A stretch of DNA of 59,144 nt, filler included, from Porpidia crustulata (taxonomy: Eukaryota), in the NCBI GenBank assembly GCA_964255105.1. It is 6 parts of 6 records of this genome, joined end to end, with 100 filler letters (N's around TTAATTAATTAA, not from the genome) between each part and the next. Parts side by side here need not be neighbours in the genome. Positions count along the whole stretch, not along the records: positions 49,380 to 59,144 come from CAXUWE010000890.1; 5 more parts are not named here. One strand, written 5' to 3'. The notes under the pieces were generated by a model. That model saw nothing but the letters and a program-made list of their open reading frames with translations. It searched no databases and was not told the origin of the DNA. A program made the translations under genes and the position numbers. Of the stretch, positions 51,038 through 59,144 are shown piece after piece (position 1 is the first letter of the stretch; every line of letters starts with the position of its first letter).

Positions 51038-51851
51038 TGCTGCAGCTTGCTAAACCATGGTGGACTTTCTGAGGTACTTATTGATTGATGATGGTGAGTG
51101 AGTACGCAAGGACTTCTAGGCAACCGGATCTTTTGCTGGGTTTATGAATGTAGAAGGCTGCTAGGCGAGCAGATGAATTAATATACACAGTAAATGCTGC
51201 GAAAGGTAATATTCTAGATACATCACGAGCAGTCTTAATCGAAATCTATGCATCTAAATAGGAAATATTCCATATCCCTCCAAATGTACTCATGGAGACA
51301 TCGGAGCTCATACCAGCTGGTTCACTGTGACTCCAGCATAGCATCGGCGTAACTCATATCCATCGCCGAACCCCTTAAAATCTCGATCGCGCAACCCCTT
51401 TTCCCCTTGCCTCCCTCCAAACACCTAACCCATATCCAAGTAGTTCCGCCCTTCCTCCCGACGGCACACACAGTAGATGTCGCGAATAGAGATTGAGTGT
51501 GTAGAAGCAAAATGTGCAAACTCCGTCCGCTTTGATCAGGTCAGTGTGGATATCATCTCAGTCTATTGAATGATTGCAAAGTATTGATAGCTACTGGATT
51601 TTGTTGCGGGATTGACGATGGCTGTATATGGAACATATGGGCAAGAGTGTTCTTGAAACATGACAGTATGTATCAGTCTCGAGCGCTGGCGGTGAGACGG
51701 AGGTGGGCGTTAGAAGGCATAGATACCTTGGAGGAATCTGTCAAGGACAGCTACAAAGTCATAATGAATATTGGACACAAAAATTTTGGAGGGTATCTTC
51801 CCATATCATGCACCACGTCACGAAACGCCAACCATCTCAATCGCCTCAGGA

Positions 51852-53030
<1,179 letters not shown>

Positions 53031-54347
53031 GGTGATTGTATGCCTGAAGGGTGTCAATCAACAGTTAAAGACCTGTTCGCTAAGACTCCGCATAGCTGGG
53101 AGATGTGAGATTTGGGGGCCGCTGGGGCGTTTAGTTAAGACTAGCTGATTAGCGGCCGTTTGTATTCTCTAGGCAGGCCCTAAGGTAGGGATTCCCGATA
53201 AACTCACCGGGGCAACTCCCGCAGCTTCCCCGGCTTGCCCTGGCTGTCAAATGTCACTGCCAACGAGTACCTATTCTAATCATTAGTATTGTGATATTAT
53301 TAGTGACCTGGTACCTAAGTACACGTGCTACTCTAAGGGTCGAACGCCCAACTGCAATCGTCGGGCTACGAGCTTGCCAGTGAGCCAGAGTTGCCTTCAA
53401 CGATCGAAGCTCTACTCTACTTCATTCTGCATCCAACACCTTAGTACCCAATCCGATGCTCGGCTTCCAAGCCACAGCATTCGCTTTTGATCCCGTACGC
53501 CTCTGACTAGGGCATTGGGGAGGGTGTTGTGTCTCAAAAGGCCGATGGCATGGCCGGGTACTTTCAATGGGAGGTTGTAGAGTTTAGGGGTCGTCTTTAC
53601 TCTAATTGAGAACATTACTCGCTCCTGTTGTGTTTTCCCAACTCGTATCTCTCTCACCCTCTTGAGCTTAGAGACAATGATAACCATCCCTATCGAGCAA
53701 TATAAACTTCGCTAGCACACGGTTAGAAATCTCTTGCATGTGAGACTTGATTTGCTTTCTCGGTACCGCTCTGCTGGGTTCTGGTATGGAATACCATTAC
53801 AACCCTACTTTAGGAGATCCATCTCTCCGAACCTTCAATCCACCTTCTTCAAACAGACGAGTGTAGAGCTTCTGCTTCCCATGGCCGTGTCGACAAGATG
53901 CTTGCATAATGGAGCAGTTCTGTTGGACGTCCGTGCCGATGCGTCTAGTCATCCGGATGTTGCCCCTTTGTGACTTTGCGCCCTTAAAGGCAGCGTTAAT
54001 GTCCTTCTTACTCTCATATCTTACACAGCTGCTGGAGAGATTTTCTCCTGCGTCGCCTTTGGTCCATGTCAGATCATACATGATGTCAATCGCATCGTCC
54101 TGTCTATCGTCGAGGGGATATATTGATATTATGCACTTATTGACACCATAGATTGCTGGGTGTTCGATTGAAATGGTCGTACATACATATTTGCTACGTA
54201 CGATAAGATCATGAACTTCAAGAAGTGCTTGCATTTACCTGTCTCACCATGTGGGACCATTGCATACCAGTTCATCACTAATACCCATTCTTCGCCCGCA
54301 GCTTGCTCTTCAATAAGTCATCTCACGGGTAACAAATCTCTTCTTCC

Positions 54348-56061
54348 TCAAGATAGCGCGCTTGATTTCTTTCCGATGCAGACGTACCTAATTGCTGATA
54401 AGTCCTTGATAGTAGTTTACACAGATCACGAAAACTCACAATGGAAAATACGCCTTTAGACTCGCATTAGCAGCATCAATCCGAGCACGGCTTATCAGTG
54501 AATCCACTTCGTCTATTGTCATACCTAGACGTCGAGTAAAAGGAAAGATGGCTAGAGTACGCAGTGCCTTCTGGGTATTATCCTTGTTCATATCCCCAAT
54601 CAAACGCTGTCGTGGATCTATAACCAAGGCGAGTCAGCTCGAGTCCAGACGAATGTTACTCAAACGATAAATCCCTGACGATCAAGAAATACGATCTTCA
54701 TGTACGCACGCGTATCGACGTACCACTGGACCATCCACAAAGCGGCAAAGGAATCATCCGGCTCTCAATGTCCACAAACCCGGCAGCCGTGAGCATACTC
54801 TGGAGCTGCAAAGGAGCTCTAGGATCCTTGACCTCGTTGAGAGATCTGATATATGCGTTACTCCATTGCCGGATGGCGTGCGCTTCAGTGATGGAGCCGT
54901 TGTCCGACTGACACATGTAGTAACACTCGATCATTTGGATCCAGCCTCCAGGCTTCAAGACCCTGCCGCGGGTTAGTGCCCTCTTCTTCAGCTACATACA
55001 CTATGTCGTTCATGGCCATATGACCTCCAAGAAAGGCTCAAGGTGACTCACTTATTTATGTCCCTAAGATATGTTGGCCATCGAGGCCTATTGATACCAC
55101 CGCCTACAAGTCGTGATTGCACGAGGTCAAAGGTGTTTCTACGAAAGGTAAAGGGCTGGTTGATATCGTCCAGCTAAGTGGTGAGAAATTAGCTATTTCC
55201 GTGTCTGCTACATGGTTCCAGCTGCCACCACTTTTGCTCCCTAGTCTTCAACCTTGCATGAGACTTGGGAGCTGTGAAACGGTAGACTACCGTAAAGAAA
55301 ATACATTCAAAAGCAAGTTTCGGTAGGTGGGGTAAAAGTTGGAGTAGCTGACTTCAATAATGGTCCGGGTCTAGAAGGATGCAAATAACCCAATACCAAT
55401 GGTCTCGCTTGTCCAATGATTAGGCTCAGCTTTTGGTAGCTTGCGTTGTGTTTGCTAGCTTTTGGACAATGCCTGGAGCTCTGACCTCTCTCGAAAGCTA
55501 AATGACCGCAACATACCTGTGGCCAGAAGTTTTCCGGGAGATCGTCGGGCTTCATATGTGGTGAGATATCAACACCGATGACCTGGGGGCGTAAGTCTAA
55601 GGTCCAGACAACTCAAGAAAGCAACGTCACACAGTGCAGTCCGGATTGTCTTCAGCTACCCCGATAGCCCAAGAGGCTGCGCCATATCCACAGTCTAAAA
55701 CACTGTTGACTGCTTCGATAGGTGGAAAAATAAGGCGGCCATCGAATACAGTCTCAAGTACCTGGTTTTGAGCCTCGAGTCGGTCAGCTTCTTCCTATAA
55801 AGAGGTGAGTTCGGGCGATCTTCAATGGGCGAATGGAAGATCTGCCAACATCGTCGACAGGGACCAAGTGAATCGAGTTATTGATGGAATATTGCTGAAA
55901 GTCGCGTCCATGGATCGTGATGAGTTCCAGATACTGGCCGTCAACGGCCGCCGTGTCAGCTTGAGGATCTCTAGAGGACAATGGCAAAGAGGTCAGCTTT
56001 TCAGTGCGTAGGTCTACAAGGTACTTCAAGTCACAGGAAAGTGTGCGTGGACCTACGCCAT
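54348..56061 (-). CDS. LaeA-like (TAM/UMTA-type) SAM-dependent methyltransferase, 8 exons, first exon 5 nt
   Basis: Spliced MA|DPQ...HLVPVDD|EEADRL...VLDCGYGAASWA...|VIGVDISP...WPQ|LDDINQPFTF...FDLVQSR...|VLKPGGWIQMIE...PLCGWSS|DPR...YFP|LYVCIGKK. Confidence 0.9.
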
Positions 56062-58839
56062 CTCAGATCTTTATCTTTTGGAGATTCTCCGTATGCAAAT
56101 GTTTTCTCTTGCTTTCATCGAAGATAGAAATTGGTAGAGGGTATGGTAGCCTTGGTGTTGGTGGAGACAAGGGCCTCTGGACGGGCCAGAAAAGGGGCTT
56201 CAGATTGGAATATCTCTCGTGTCTTACCTGCCTATCACAGCATTTACAATGGCCAATTACCTATGACGATGCTCCTATCTGTATCTTGTCAGATTAGACA
56301 AGGCCATGACAAAGGATTTTTCATGGATCTACCATGACCTTCTGTCGTCGTGGCACTAATGACCAAAGGAACCGAACCGCGGTCAGTAAACGATATGGAT
56401 TTTTTACGTTTTTGGTATGGTTCAGCAGGTTGAAATCACTCATGATTAGAGTCTGCCCACACTGCTGCAGGAAAAACGGGCATCACTTGATCACCATCGG
56501 CCTTTGGGAGGCATAGAAGACCAATCAACACTGGCATAAAGGAGTCACCGGGCACACCGATTGTCAATTTATCCATTGCTAGATTTCGACAGACTCAGAT
56601 AGTGCTTGCGCCATGGCGGAGAACCCGTTATTGGCCAAGAGGTGTCTGCAGCTAGCACAAAGACCACACCTTCCGGCCAGATCTCCAAACCGGCACATCA
56701 TCTTGTCTTCGGACTACTGCACCGCCGTCTTTCCTGGAGCTGGTAAGGTGGTAATACGAGCTATTCCGGTATGCACTGCGCAACGCTGTGCTGAGTGGCC
56801 TTCGCGTTGATATTGAGACACGGGACAGCTTCCGGGGACCCAAAGGCAAACGCAACGGATATTGTCCCTGGTTATGACGATTCTCAGTTCTGAACTTGGT
56901 GGTACGCGTAGCTGGACGGAAGCTGCAGCGAGGGCAGTTCTAGAGCAGTTCTAAGACCGCCTGTGCTCCGGGGTTTCGTTAGTCTGCGGAGGCTGGTATG
57001 TAGTAGTTTCTGGGGTCCCTCCCTCCGAGACCGTGGCCCTGGGTCTTCTCTCGAAGCTTGCGCGTTGTTGCATCAGTGCGATTTTTGAGCGAGATGTCCC
57101 TCATCACAATTGGAAACATTTTCATGGCTCCTCGAATAGACGAACCGATTCGTGCGAGTCTCACGGTAGCAAGCGTCGTTTCCTCGCTTGTTATGCAAAA
57201 TTTGAACAAGATAGGTAATACTCTCAGCCTCCACACTGTGACTGCCCAAGGTGGGATAGTCCAACATCTTGACCAACAGCGATGTCTACATTGATGCGGT
57301 ACGGAGCGCACTTGCCACGTGTGAGCTGATAGTACTATTCGATTATTTCCCGTACAAGCCGAAGAGATGCTACTTTCGATCCGCAAAGGGCCATGTGCAT
57401 GTTGCCTCCTCAACCCATCACAGCGCTAAAGCTAGAACCTCGATCTTCAGGCCTCCCTGTCCGGCTGAGATGAACTGTACGTACTGACTGTAATAGTGAT
57501 CTACTCATGGGCAGGCGCGTTGATCCCTGTATTGCGTTACAACGCGCATGAACTGCTTGCAGGGTGCATGAGTAACACTCTCTCGATTTGCCGATCCTCT
57601 TGAGGGCATCTATGCCGCCATGAATCTTTCCAAGACCAGAATAATTCCCGCCTAAGTTGGGTAGGCTTCAGGCTCAGGGAAGAAGCATGGCGGCAATACT
57701 AGGGGGATCGAGCTAGGAGAATGTGTATTCTACGATGCGCTCCACAGTACCATCGTTTCTGCGAGTCCGACGGATTTTGGGCGACGCCCAGAGCGACGAG
57801 CTCTAGGAGCCAGCTCAGATCCTCACTGCAAGTCTGGACTCTGAACGTCCAGCTGATACCGCTCGACAAATGGCTCCACCATATCTCACTGGGGATCAGA
57901 TATCAAGAGTGGAACTAGGGTTTCTGCTACCTTCAGACGCACGTTGTATCGTTACGCAGGAAACCCTGTAAAAGAATAGATAGAATGCAACATCTACGGC
58001 CGGCCCAGGTTTAACAACACTAATGTAGCTGGCCTAGACGCTCCCTAAAACCCGCGAGGTTAAGTCCCTGCATGGCTCAAGGTGTTCTCCAACCAGCAAT
58101 ATTATTATGCTTGATGTGGTATAACGTTTAGTAGAACAATCCGTTTACTTGTCACGCTAGTGCCCAGCTAGGGATCAAGCTTGCTCAGCAACTTCTCAGG
58201 CATACTTCTCACCGGAGCTATTGTCCCACACAGGGACTCCCCCTCTGACATATCATCAAATGATTATACGCTTGATAGGAGTGACTACTCCGTGTTCCGC
58301 TACTCCTGCAGTCTTGGGTTGTTCACCGCTACCTCGTCTTGATTCGTGTGCAGCGGCACCGCTGCTATCTATGCCAATATCTCAATCTTATCCCATGCAA
58401 CCCACGGAGGTTAGAATTCAACAGTCGGCTGATCTGGTGCTGAATAGAAGATGAGGAAAAAGACTAGTGAAAATTTCTACGTGTCCAATAGACACGAACA
58501 GTGTGGCTAGGAAGAAACATAATGGGCTGAAGTCGCCGTCTTTCAACACTGGATCGTCTGTCAACAATTAGCCTCTATTCTACGCACTTTGGTTTAGACC
58601 ATGCTTATCACGCCGGCAAGTCTTGTCTCCTCACGAACTTTCTGCAAGATGTGATACCATTTTGCAATAACACCATCCAATATGGTGGGCGTACAGGTGA
58701 TGAGTCGAAGACCCACGAATATAAAACACCACAAGCTCAGACGCTTAGCCGCCTCCAAAAAATCTATTCCCTAGGTATGACAGGAATTGGCTCTGTCCCA
58801 ACGATGCACAAGGCTTGCGAATCTCACAATACATCCAGG

Positions 58840-59144
58840 ATGGCCTTCAATGTCTCACTTTCCGAGGACTTGACCTCGGAAGATACCGATTTCCTATCGC
58901 CCCTCACCATCTACATCTCTCCTCAGCCGCTTGCCTTCCCTCGCCGATCCGCTCAAATCATCCCCAATCATATGACTTGCCTACAAGTCCGTCCTCGCGA
59001 GCAATCCTTCCACTGACACAACACTAACCAACGATCTCAAGAACCGATCACGCGAGTGCATTTACCACAGCCAAGAGCAAAGCTTCAAACCTGCCCTCGA
59101 GCCTCCCCACCTTACCACAGCACCCTCTCCCCTCCCGCCAAACC
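58840..59144 (+). CDS. Possible 5' part of a gene running off the contig (exons 58840-58986, 59042->59144)
   Basis: ATG, donor GTCCGT, branch ACTAAC and acceptor AAG keep the frame open to the end (...HMTCLQ|NRSRECIY...). No recognised family. Confidence 0.3.

Noticed and set aside
53797..54234. 145-aa ATG ORF just downstream of the methyltransferase
   Set aside because: Starts about 115 nt after the methyltransferase stop (likely 3' UTR) and has no recognisable motif.
55365..55374. CTAGACCCGG shared between the methyltransferase long intron and the SPE2 leader (common SAM-related element?)
   Set aside because: A 10-nt match is expected by chance somewhere in 59 kb, and the flanks do not align.

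Overview
Fungal (filamentous ascomycete, Pezizomycotina-type) nuclear DNA. It is not one locus. Six contigs of descending length (1-9786, 9887-19667, 19768-29544, 29645-39413, 39514-49279, 49380-59144) are joined by artificial 100-nt N44-TTAATTAATTAA-N44 spacers, so neighbourhood across spacers means nothing. About 21 genes, many with introns, were modelled by hand: SPE2/AdoMetDC, a large VPS9-like protein, a velvet-fold protein, MRPL31, TRS20, an F-box/LRR protein, MRP10, an OB-fold protein, an MFS transporter, GH43, a nucleoside hydrolase, a GPI wall protein, a quinone oxidoreductase, RFA1, a dienelactone hydrolase, UBP14, an RS-cyclophilin, KRR1, a LaeA-like methyltransferase and several hypotheticals. 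There is also a 136-bp TA-flanked MITE. Main leads: (1) a compact OB-fold protein with both N-terminal motifs and the OB-A pattern of vertebrate shieldin subunit SHLD2, suggesting a fungal shieldin-like module; (2) the AdoMetDC 5' leader, with an intron-split 17-codon uORF, a run of hairpins and a second candidate intron holding all remaining uATGs; (3) an unnamed protein with D-box, CDK-site, PP1-docking and forkhead-promoter signatures; (4) a 402-aa intronless orphan. All homology calls are by eye and from memory; no searches were run.
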